A stretch of 64,000 nucleotides of DNA from Haliotis cracherodii (lineage: Eukaryota), in assembly GCF_022045235.1 (NCBI RefSeq), contig NW_027266286.1, positions 19,654,001 through 19,718,000 on the forward strand, given 5' to 3'. Of the stretch, positions 1 to 12,700 are shown in pieces. The stretch's first letter is position 1; every line of letters begins with the position of its first letter. The notes beneath the pieces are model-generated. The model saw only the letters and a program-made list of their open reading frames with translations, did no database searches and was not told where the DNA came from. The translations under genes and the position numbers were made by a program.

Positions 1-713
1 ACCAACATTCAAGTCACACATCCCACAGTTATGTATAACCCACTTTTCACACCAACATTCAAGTCACACATCCCACAGTTACGTATAACCCACTTCTCAC
101 ACCAACATTCAAGTCACACATCCCACAGTTATGTATAACCCACTTCACACACCAACATTCAAGTCACACATCCCACAGTTACGTATAACCCACTTCTCAC
201 ACCAACATTCAAGTCACACATCCCACAGTTATGTATAACCCACTTTTCACACCAACATTCAAGTCACACATCTCATAGTTACGTCTAACACACTTTTCAC
301 ACCAACACGTACAGTCACACATCCCACATTGAATAACTCACTTCTCACACCAACATTCAAGTCACACATCCCACAGTTATGTATAACCCACTTCTCACAC
401 CAACATTCAAGTCACACATCTCATAGTTACGTATAACCCACTTTTCACACCAACACGTACAGTCACACATCCCACAGTTATGTGTAACCCACTTTTCACA
501 CCAACACGTACAGTCACACATCCCACAGTGAATAACCCACTTTTCACACCAACACGTACAGTCACACATCCCACAGTGAATAACCCACTTCTCACACCAA
601 CATTCAAGTCACACATCCCACAGTGAATAACCCACTTCTCACACCAACACGTAGAGTGACACATCCCACAGTGAATAACCCACTTCTCACACCAACGCTT
701 GTCACACATCCCA
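1..713. repeat. Minisatellite, ~50-bp unit (47-bp variants), in the 3' UTR/flank of the DUF21 gene
   Basis: Unit accaacattcaagtcacacatcccacagttatgtataacccacttttcac repeats from the window start to ~713. ORFs over it are repeat artefacts. Confidence 0.95.
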
Positions 714-730
714 GACCTATGCATCATTCA

Positions 731-3700
731 TCATGCCAACACCTCCCCACTCCCTAGAAGTGGAGCATCATCTGATCGTTGTGATGTTGCTATGGCAACA
801 TCCACATTCAAATGTTCACTTGAGTGTCCAACAAGGCTTTGTCCAGCCTGGACTTGACCTCTTGACTGCTCTGGTTGCGACAGACTTCGCTTCAACACTG
901 ACTGGAAAACAGATCAGAACGCATTTGTAAGTCCAGGACTCAAAATTAGAAAAAGATCATGTGTGTCCAAGGGACCTGTTTAGCAGGTGTGCCATTTTCA
1001 ATTTGGAGGTGCCTTGTCTATATTACCCCAAAATTATGACAAAAGGCAGCTAATCAGTTAGTTAAAAAAAATTAAATGACATAAATATTGAAAAGTACAG
1101 AGATTCACCTGGTTTTGTCAAAAATGCATATTGCACACCTGATACATTTAAATGTTCACTGGAATGTAATGTGTTTCAAGTCTGCTGGTTCTGAAACCCC
1201 TTGAACCATTGAAGAAAATCATATTTTTCCACCTTTTCCACCTGGTTGACCATACACTTTGCAAATTGGACAAAATATCACATTTATATCCCTGTCACAT
1301 TTAACCATGATTAGCACTTTGGAAGAGGCCTGTTACTTGTTTAGATATTTTTCGGCTTTTGCTTCATGTATACTGAACCACAAAAGAAACATCACCATGG
1401 ATAGATATAAGAGACACCTTATTTGTCCAAATACTGTAAACATACTTTCAGACATATTTAAAAGTTGAAACTTGACAAAACTGATCATCAAGGTTGACAT
1501 TAAAGTGTCAAATGTTCTTAAAGTGAAACACATCACTAGTCTCCGAGAAAATGGCATCACCAGTCAGTATCTCGTGTGTCTGCAATGTGCATTGATGACT
1601 GCCATGCAATGTCGATACATAGAATGGATGAGGCGGTTGATGAAGGCCATGGGCACTTGAGCCCACACTCTGAGTAATGCCTGACACAGTCCAGTTGCAG
1701 TTGTCGGCCTTGGTTGGATGTCATTCAGCCGTCTTTGAATCTCGTCCCACAGGTGCTAAATTGGATTTAAATTGGGACTGAGGGCAGACCACCGTATGGT
1801 TCTGATGCCATTCTGCTGGAAGAAGTCTGTTGTTGCTCTCGCAGTGTGGGCCGGTGCGTTATCATGCTGAAACTCGTGGTTGGGGCGACGAGCCAAATGA
1901 GTTCTGGCGTGTGGTCTCAAGACTTGATCAATGTACCAAGCTGCTGTGACACCATTGCCTCTCCATGGACCGATGTTCTGGAAGACCTCTGTGCAAGACC
2001 AATTCCATCTCACACCATGATGCTTGGACCACCCCAAGAGTCTCTCTCAACATCAAAAGCATCTGAAATAATGTTCCCCATGGCGTCGCCTGACTGTCTC
2101 TCTGCCATCTGCTGTTGAGATACAGTAATGGCTCTCGTCTGAGAAGAGGACTCTTCTCCACTGCTGGTGGCACCAATGCTGGTGCTGTGTTGCCCACTGA
2201 AGACGGTCCCGGCGATGATGGCGATGATGGTGTCAGAATGGGTACTTGGTGTGGCCTGTGACAGCCGAGGTGTCTGCTCGTCAATCATCGACGCACTGTG
2301 TCTTCACTAATGTGTCGATGGTGTGTCCCCATGGTCTGTCGAGCAATTTCCGCAGCAGTAACAAAGCGATCTTGAAGATGCTGTCGAACAATCTGACAAT
2401 CCTGATGTTGTTTGGTGGCCATTGGTCTTCCACCACGTGGTCGGTCATCTGTAGTGTTGGTGGTGTGGTACCGTTGCTGGAGTCTGTATATGATCCTTAC
2501 TTGGACTTGAAATGTATTGGCTACTTGCCGGGCGGTTTGTCCAGCTTGCAATCATCCAAGGGTTTGGTGTCATTGATTTTTTGTCAATCTTGGCATGTGG
2601 TAGCAATTCAAAAATGAATGAATGGTATCCGATCTGGGTGGATTTTTATAGGGCAAAAAATGGGGGAACGCATGTGCATTTCAATATGCGTGGAATTCAC
2701 GTGCATCGAGGTTGCCATGGCCGTTACTGTGATGCGTTTGGGTGATCGGTTTTTTGTCATCTGCTTTGTTTTTTTATCACCAAATTTCATTTTTCCGGAC
2801 AAGGTAATGTTAAATTTTAGAAACTTTGACAAAAATTATCCAGATATTTAAATGACAACTTTTAATGAAATGTTACTTGGGGCGACGTTGCGGTTCAGTA
2901 TATAATATCAGATGTTGGCCGTGTCTGTTTTAAAATCTTTTGGATTTTTTTCAATTTTAATGTCAGCACTAGCACTTGGCAATATTGGCTCTTTTCCCTG
3001 CTCATCGTCTGCAGCAACACTAGTATGTAAGTGGAAAGCTGCAAATGTCAACCAAGTTTGGTGCTGACAAACCAAGGATTATAGTTAGTGATAAAAAGTG
3101 ATTCAAACCAAGGAACTGATACACAAATAATTCAAGCATGGTTCATACAAAACTACAAGGCAATGATTGAGGCTAAAGGTAAGATGCAATTGTGCTTTCA
3201 AACATATTTATTTGGACAATCTTTCTTCATTTGAGAATGAACATCCAATATTGTTTGCTTGTTTGTTCGTTTGTTTGTTGTTTAACGCCGCACTCAGCAA
3301 CACTCCAGGAATATGACGGCAGTCTGTAAATAATCCAGCCTGGACCAGACAATCCAGTGATTGATATCATGAGCATTGATCCACGCAATACGATACGATG
3401 ACATGCATCAACCAAGTCATCGAGTCTGACCACTCGATCCTGTTAGTTGCCTCTTACGACATGCGTTGTCACTTTTTAAGGCATGCATGGGTTGCTGAAG
3501 ACTTATTCTAGCTCGGATTTTCACCAGTCTTGACACAAGTATATGCATCCACATACCAATGTTTAGATATGATTCAATGTTATCAACTTACAGTTATACA
3601 TACAACATGTCACTACTACTAAAGAGGGAGAATATTTGTAACATACTTATTCAACCTTTCTCCAGCAGATTCAAACCTAGGGCCTTTTCAAGATCAGGAA

Positions 3701-6700
3701 CCCGTTCCACAAAGCAATCTCAGTGCTAAGTTGGTCGTAACTCCCATACTTTATCATATGGTTACGATCAATGTGGCACTAAGATCGCTCTGTGGAACGC
3801 GGCACAGGCTGGTAAATTCAAGGCCTTTCTCAGCCTTTGGGACCTTTGTTAAAGACTGATGCATGCTTGATTCAGACACTGTGTGCTGTATAGGCACGAA
3901 TGCACAACAGATGAAATGTCAACAGTGCAATCTGTGCTTTCTTGGTTCATAAGTACCAAGTTTGTTATAATTTTGCAATTTTATTTTACCATTTTGCGTG
4001 TAGCCATTGCTTTAGCCAGCTGTATCCTCTGACAGATCTGTCTTTCGTCGTTCTCATCAATTATCTCTTCCTGCAGGAGCTCCTCGATGACGTCCTCCAG
4101 CGTAATGATCCCCATGACCTGCAACATGGGGGAGGACATCTGGGTACCATTGTACAAAGCAGTCTTAGCGCCAACTTAGAGTTAACTCCCATACCTTAAC
4201 ATAGACTTACGACAGTCATAGGGCTAAAGTTGTTTGGTACCACGTCACCCAGGTCACCAGCAAAACTTCATCTAATCAGGTGGGTTACATGAACCGGACA
4301 TTATTCTATGCTCTTGGGGTTCAATGACATGCCATCTTGTTGATTCTGGGTAACAATCTACAGTCAAGTCCTGTTTATCCAACATGGGGGCGCACGGATG
4401 GCCCAGTCTTCTAAGGCGATGCAATTCGCTATGCAGAGTTACGTCTCTTTGACACGCCAGAAACCAATGACTGTGGTTTTGTCCCGATAATGTTTCTAGT
4501 TTTGTCAGCACCATACCCGTGCTCGTGGGTTTCACCGAAGTGGTAAACGTCTAAGACCTGCATCACTTCGGGCTTTCCTCCCACATTAAGCTGACACACT
4601 GTGACATAACTGGAATACTGTTAAAAGTGGCGTTAAACTCAACTCACTCACTCACTCACTAAGCTGACATGGTTGGTTGCATATGATTATCCAACATCCT
4701 TGTTAATTCAACTTTAATGAAACTAAGTAGTATCAACGTTTGAGATTAAAAAAATCGTATGACTACACGATAGATAACAGTACAAACACGTTGCAATAAA
4801 AAAATTAACTATGTTCATTGTTGGCGCAATGTGTTTTCTAATCATGCAACCTCTGAAGCTTAACACAAAACAATTGTTATGGACTGTATGAGTGATTCAA
4901 AATACTTCAAAAATCACAATCTGGAATGGAAGTCGCCATTTTGAAATTGGTGCTGCAAAGCTCAAGAAAACTGCTTTGTCTAATGTCGACTTTCTGTTGG
5001 TCGATCATAGTTCACAAAAGGTTGTTCTGACGTGACCTGTATGTTGGATGTCCTCAGCGGTAGCGAGAACTTGTATCTGATTTTAATGGTAACCTAATCA
5101 TGCGATTAATCCTGTTTTTTTATTTAAAGCATTAATTGTTTACTGTTAAGCAAATTTTTTATCTGCAGCCGTTGTAATATGCAGCTACCAGGTGACTTGT
5201 CTCACATCATCGCGGGCAGATGACCATGCACTATGCTGATCACTGTGTCGGATTAATGAATAATTTCAGCAATTTGTTGCAAATTAGGTGTGTCAGAGTC
5301 GGAGTCGGAGTGCGAGACTGTCGGATTAATATGTTTAAATAGCACTGATTTAATCGGTCGGATTAACAAGTGTCGGATAAATGAGACTTGACTGTAGGTC
5401 CCCAGCAAGCTATTCTTGTTGCAACAGGTGACTAAGAACATTTGGTGGTCAGGTCCATTGCATGTAATTACATCTCAAATGTTAGGATTGATGCTTATGA
5501 TGTCAATAGCCCTTTTAGGAGGACATGGGGCATGCAGGAGGACATAGGGCATGAAGGACATAGGGCATGTTGGAGGACATACGGCTTGTCTGAGGACATA
5601 GGGCATGTAGGAGGACAGAGGGCATGTAGGAGGACATAGGGCATGTTGGAGGACATAGGGCATGTAGGAGGACATAGGGTATGTTGGAGGACAGAGGGCA
5701 TGTAGGAGGACATAGGGTAGGCAGGATGACACAAGCAGGACACAGCGGACACACTAACCTCACCAATCTGCTGTGGGCTGTCATGCTGCAGGTCATCTTG
5801 AGACTCTCCCAGTAATGGCGTTATATCATCAGTGTTGTCCTGTAGGCCACGCAGTTGTCTCCCCTGATATGATTTCCGCACTACAGCCAAGTGACCTGAC
5901 AAATGGAAATAGACAATGTTCGAACAGGTCAAATTTGTCTCCTGTATCTTATAACAAAAAATTCACTGAAATATATATTGATAATCATTTTGGAATCTAT
6001 GATAACAGCCTTTCAATACCAATGATCTTAAATTTAAATAAGTGTCCAGTGCTACATATGTGTCTGCTCTATCTAAGGCATTCACAATCAAGCTGATTCC
6101 AAATCCAGTCTGGTAGTTCATACATCATTTTGTTTCTAATCCCACACCATGTCACCTTTGCCAGTCTGGAAGAGATTGATAAGGTCATGCAGTGGTTTGA
6201 CGTCGTCAATAAAAATGACAGGGCGGAAGTATTGCGGATCGAGCAAGAGGCTGCTGACAGGAATAGCATCCTCTGGGTCCAGCTTGATCAAAGTCTTCAT
6301 CAGCAACACAGCTTTGATCTGCGACCGAGACTCCTCGTACACCGGGATGCGGGAGTGTCCATGAAACAAGATCTACAGGAGAAGAGTGAAACAAAAGAGT
6401 GTTCATGAATACAAACATGGAAGTGAAAACATGAGGACGGTCACTGGTCCATGGATGCCCACACAGATGTGAAACAGGACAGTCACTGGTCCATGGATGC
6501 ACACACAGATGTGAAACAGGACAGTCACTGGTCCATGGATGCACACACAGATGTGAAACAGGACAGTCACTGGTCCATGGATGCACACACAGATGTGAAA
6601 CAGGACAGTCACTGGTCCATGGATGCACATACAGATGTGAAACAGGACAGTCACTGGTCCATGGATGCCCACATGGAAGTGAAAACATCAGGACAGTCAC

Positions 6701-9700
6701 TGGTCCATGGATGCACACTCAGATGTGAAACAGGACAGTCACTGGTCCATGGATGCACACACAGATGTGAAACAGGACGGTCACTGGTCCATGGATGCAC
6801 ACACAGATGTGAAAACATGAGGACAGTCACTGGTCCATGGATGCACACAAAGATGTGAAACCGGACGGTCACTGGTCCATGGATGCATACATGGAAGTGA
6901 AAACATGAGGACGGTCACTGGTCCATGGATGCACACACAGATGTGAAACAGGACAGTCACTGGTCCATGGATGCCCACATGGAAGTGAAAACATGAGGAC
7001 AGTCACTGGTCCATGGATGCACACTCAGATGTGAAACAGGACAGTCACTGGTCCATGGATGCACACACAGATGTGAAACAGGACGGTCACTGGTCCATGG
7101 ATGCACACACAGATGTGAAACAGGACAGTCACTGGTCCATGGACGCACATACAGATGTGAAACAGGACAGTCACTGGTCCATGGATGCACACACAGATGT
7201 GAAACAGGACAGTCACTGGTCCATGGATGCACACACAGATGTGAAACAGGACAGTCACTGGTCCATGGATGCCCACGTGGAAGTGAAAACATGAGGACAG
7301 TCACTGGTCCATGGATGCACACAAAGATGTGAAACCGGACGGTCACTGGTCCATGGATGCATACATGGAAGTGAAAACATGAGGACGGTCACTGGTCCAT
7401 GGATGCACACACAGATGTGAAACAGGACAGTCACTGGTCCATGAATGCCCACACAGATGTGAAACAGGACAGTCACTGGTCCATGGATGCACACACAGAT
7501 GTGAAACATGAAGACAGTCACTGGTCCATGGATGCACATACAGATGTGAAAACAGGACAGTCACTGGTCCATGGATGCACACACAGATGTGAAACAGGAC
7601 AGTCACTGGTCCATGGATGCACACACAGATGTGAAACAGGACAGTCACTGGTCCATTGATGCACACAAAGATGTGAAACAGGACAGTCACTGATCCATGG
7701 ATGCACACACAGATGTGAAACAGGACAGTCACTGGTCCATGGATGCATACATGGAAGTGAAACAGGACAGTCACTGGTCCATGGATGCACGTACAGATGT
7801 GAAACTGGACAGTCACTGGTCCATGGATGCCCACATGGAAGTGAAAACATCAGGACAGTCACTGGTCCATGGATGCACACACAGATGTGTAACAGGACAG
7901 TCACTGGTCCATGGATGCACACACAGATGTGAAACAGGACAGTCACTGGTCCATGGATGCACATACAGATGTGAAACCGGACAGTCACTGGTCCATGGAT
8001 GCACACACAGATGTGAAACAGGACAGTCACTGGTCCATGGATGCACATACAGATGTGAAACTGGACAGTCACTGGTCCATGGATGCACATACAGATGTGA
8101 ATCCGGACAGTCACTGGTCCATGGATGCACATACAGATGTGAAACCGGACAGTCACTGGTCCATGGATGCATACATGGAAGTGAAAACATGAGGATGGTC
8201 ACTGGTCCATGGATGCCCACATGGAAGTGGAAACATGAAGACAGTCACTGGTCCATGGATGCACATACAAATGTGAAACAGGACAGTCACTGGTCCATGG
8301 ATGCCCACATGGAAGTGGAAACATGAAGACAGTCACTGGTCCATGGATGCACACACAGATGTGAAACAGGACAGTCACTGGTCCATGGATGCACATACAG
8401 ATGTGAAACAGGACAGTCACTGGTCAATGGATGCACACACAGATGTGAAACAGGAGAATCACTGGTCCATGGATGCACACTTGGAAGTGAAAACATCAGG
8501 ACAGTCACTGGTCCATGGATGCACACACAGATGTGAAACAGGACAGTCACTGGTCCATGGATGCACATACAGATGTGAAACAGGACAGTCACTGGTCCAT
8601 GGATGCACATACATATGTGAAACAGGACAGTCACTGGTCCATGGATGCACACATGGAAGTGAAAACATCAGGACAGTCACTGGTCCATGGATGCACACAC
8701 AGATGTGAAACAGGACAGTCACTGGTCCATGGATGCACACACAGATGTGAAACAGGACAGTCACTGGTCCATGGATGCACACACAGATGTGAAACAGGAC
8801 AGTCACTGGTCCATGGATGCATACATGGAAGTGAAAACATGAGGACGGTCACTGGTCCATGGATGCCCACACAGATGTGAAACAGGACAGTCACTGGTCC
8901 ATGGATGCACACACAGATGTGAAACAGGACAGTCACTGGTCCATGGATGCACATACAGATGTGAAACAGGACAGTCACTGGTCCATGGATGCATACATGG
9001 AAGTGAAAACATGAGGACGGTCACTGGTCCATGGATGCATACATGGAAGTGGAAACATGAGGACAGTCACTGGTCCATGGATGCCCACACAGATGTGAAA
9101 CAGGACAGTCACTGGTCCATGGATGCACACACAGATGTGAAACAGGACAGTCACTGGTCCATGGATGCACACACAGATGTGAAACAGGATAGTCACTGGT
9201 CCATGGATGCACACACAGATGTGAAAACAGGACAGTCACTGGTCCATGGATGCAAACACAGATGTGAAACAGGACAGTCACTGGTCCATGGATGCATACA
9301 TGGAAGTGAAAACATGAGGACAGTCACTTGTCCATGGATGCACACACAGATGTGAAACAGGACAGTCACTGGTCCATGGATGCATACATGGAAGTGAAAA
9401 CATGAGGACAGTCACTGGTCCATGGATGCCCACATGGAAGTGGAAACATGAGGACAGTCACTGATCCATGGATGCACATACAGATGTGAAAACAGGACAG
9501 TCACTGGTACATGGATGTACTCATGGAAGTGAAAACATCAGGTGAGTCACTGGTCCACAGATGCACACACATTAGTGAAAAACCCAGGACAGTCAAGGGT
9601 CCACATACTCTATAAAAGGAACCTGACCTGTGTCATAGTGTTGTGGTCCATGCAGGCATCAGAGCTGATCATGAAGACATTGTCGATGTTTACCATGGCA

Positions 9701-12700
9701 TCCTTTGCACGTTTATCCTTCAGGTCTAGCGCTCCCTGTTGTTGAGAAAGTAGATATGTTGAATATGACATTATGTTGGACATGTGACAAGAATGTTTTC
9801 ATATCAATAAAACGTGTCAAAGATTGTTATGCTAAGATCACAGACCCCACTCTCTAACATACCTTTGCAATGTCCTCCAACCTACCTTGATCATGAGGAC
9901 TTCATCCGTTGTGAGATGTTCTTCATTTCCGGATCCATCCCCTGGTCCATGCAGGTCCACCAGGACCTTCAGCTCCGCGCGCCTAAAGAACGTGCCGTGA
10001 TTGCTGCCCAGGACACAGTCCAGGAGCTTGGACAGCGGCCAGCTCACGATGAAGAACAGCCCCATCAGGATGTACACTACCCTGGGTGTGACAACATCTA
10101 CACTGTGATTACTCCAGGAGATACAGTGACAGACAGAATATACTGGATAACGCCAGGTTAATATTGTCCTATGCTCAAGGAGATAACAAGATGTAATACA
10201 TGCAGTCTCTACTGGATAACACCAGCTTGATATTGTCCTATTCTCAAGGAGACAACTAGAAGTAATACATGCAGTATCTACTGGATAACACCAAGTTAAT
10301 ACAGTCTTATTCTCAAGGAGATAACTAGATGTAATACATGCAATATGTTCTGGATACCATCAGCTCAATACTGTCCTATGCTCAAGGAGATAACTAGATG
10401 TAATACATGCAATATGTACTGGATAACACCAGCTTGATATTATCCTATGCTCAAGGAGACAACTAGAGGTAATACATGCAGTATCTACTGGATAACACCA
10501 AGTTAATACTGTCCTATTCTCAAGAAGATACAGTAGATGTAGTACATGCAGTATTTACTGGATAACACCAGGTTGATATCATCCTATGCTCAAGGAGATA
10601 ACTAGATGTAATACATGCAATATGTACTGGATAACATCAGCTTAATATTGTCCTATGTTCAAGGAATTACAATAGATGTAATGAATGCAGTATTTACTGG
10701 ATAACACCAGGTTAATACTGTCCTATGCTCAAGGGGATACAATGGATGTAAAACATGCAGTATATACTGGATAACACCAGGTTAATATTGTCCTATGCTC
10801 AAGGAATTACAATAGAAGTAATGCATGCAGTATATACTGGATAACACCAGGTTAATACTGTCCTATGCTCAAGGTGATATAGTGGACATCCCATACTCAC
10901 GGGGCAAGAGTTGAGCCAATCGCCAACCCGAACCTCGTACACAGGGCCTGGGGCACAACTCTGAAACACATGTACAGACTTGTGGCAGACTTAAAAAAAC
11001 TCTAAACAAAAATATCACAGTGATATAAAAAGTCCTAGAAATGGGACATATATATACACACTTGATTTTACACCTACCCATATATGATGATCTGATAATG
11101 GAGGGTGACAAAGGACCTGGATTTTATTTTATAAATCTGTTCGAAATTCTTTTTAATAGTTTTGAAGCACTGATTGAAAAGATACTTTGTCTCTAAAACA
11201 AAAGCCTCAGCTCCCGAATCCCCACCAGAAAGAATATGCAATTGTTGGTCCTGAGCAGTAAGGTAAAGACACCAGAAGCAGCAATTTTAGTGATGCAAAA
11301 CTTGTCTTGGAGATTACACAGTTCCAGTCAGCTGTCAATGTAATGAAGAAGCTTTTTTGATATTGACACAGTGAGTGAGTGAGTGAGTTGGGTTTTAATG
11401 CCGCTTTTAACAGTATTCCAGTTATATCGCGGCATATCAGCTTAATTTGGGAGGAAAGCCCGAAGTGATGCAGGTCTCAGACGTTTACCACTTCGGTGAA
11501 ACCCACGAGCACGGGTATGGTGCTGACAAACCTAGAAACATAATCGGGGAGAACCGGGATTCGAACCCACAATCATAGGTTTCTGGCGTGCCCAAGGGAC
11601 GCAACTCTGCACAGTGAATCGTGGCGCCTTAGACAACTGGGCCACCCGTGCCCCCGATATTGACACAGGCTGACAGCTTTGGGTCATATATGTTGGGCTA
11701 AAAAAATACTAGTCTTGGTTCTCAGGCACCGCCGGTATCATCATAAAGTCTGCTGCATGTTTTGTTTTTATTTCCATTTTAATTTTTTTCATAAAAATCC
11801 TTATATTCAAAAATAATGCCATCTATCATAGCACGCAGTTACTTCCTTTTACATGTGCACTGCTTTACTGCGCATCTGCTGTATGGTAATGTGGCTATAG
11901 GATTTGCATGCTTGTTGATGTAGGGAGGCCCTTGCCCATGTGGATGGTACACAACTGTTTATTTGGGGACATACTAGTTTCAACAAGCAAAAAAAGGAAA
12001 ACCAACGCCCACCCACCCACATACACTATATTTTCAAAAGCCATTGCCTCAGAACCAATTCTAATATTTTTGTAAGCCTTACTGACACATAATTTATGAC
12101 CTTCCCACAATCTAAACATGGGTCCATCTAAATACTTCATGTTCTAAACATGACCATCCTGCCAGGTGGCTCCAACACAGATACTCTACACACTATCAGA
12201 ACTCACTCGCCAAAGATGAGGACAGCTGAGACCGAGACAGAAATTGCGATGATCGGGTCTGAGATCCGGTCTAAAAAGATGGGCATGGCTTCAACGGCAG
12301 CAGCATTAGCCAGGAGCAGCGTCACCAGTAGTAGATGATGTCGTTTGACAAGGGGCAGTATCCTTCGAGCATATTTCTGTTCCCTAGTCGTGCCCCCGTC
12401 CTTCAGGATGTTGAGGGTCATAAGGTCAAGTGACAGCAGGCCCATTGTCAATCCGGACATCAGGCCTGAATACAGAGGTCATTATACAAACTGAAAGTTG
12501 GTTGGTTGGTTGGTTTGTTGATTAACGCTGCACTCAGCAATATTCCAGCTATATGACGGCCGTCTGTAAATAATCGAGACTGGACCAGACAATCCAGTGA
12601 TTAATATCATGAGCATCCATCCACGTGTTGGCACTGATAGAATATAATTCAGGGGATAATTGAGCCTGGACGAGACAATCCAGTAAAAGATATCATGAGC

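Noticed and set aside
6405-9600. CRISPR-like array or repetitive protein (MDAHTDVKQDSHWS)n
   Set aside because: No unique spacers, eukaryotic intronic context, and frame-shifting unit variants; it is a plain minisatellite.
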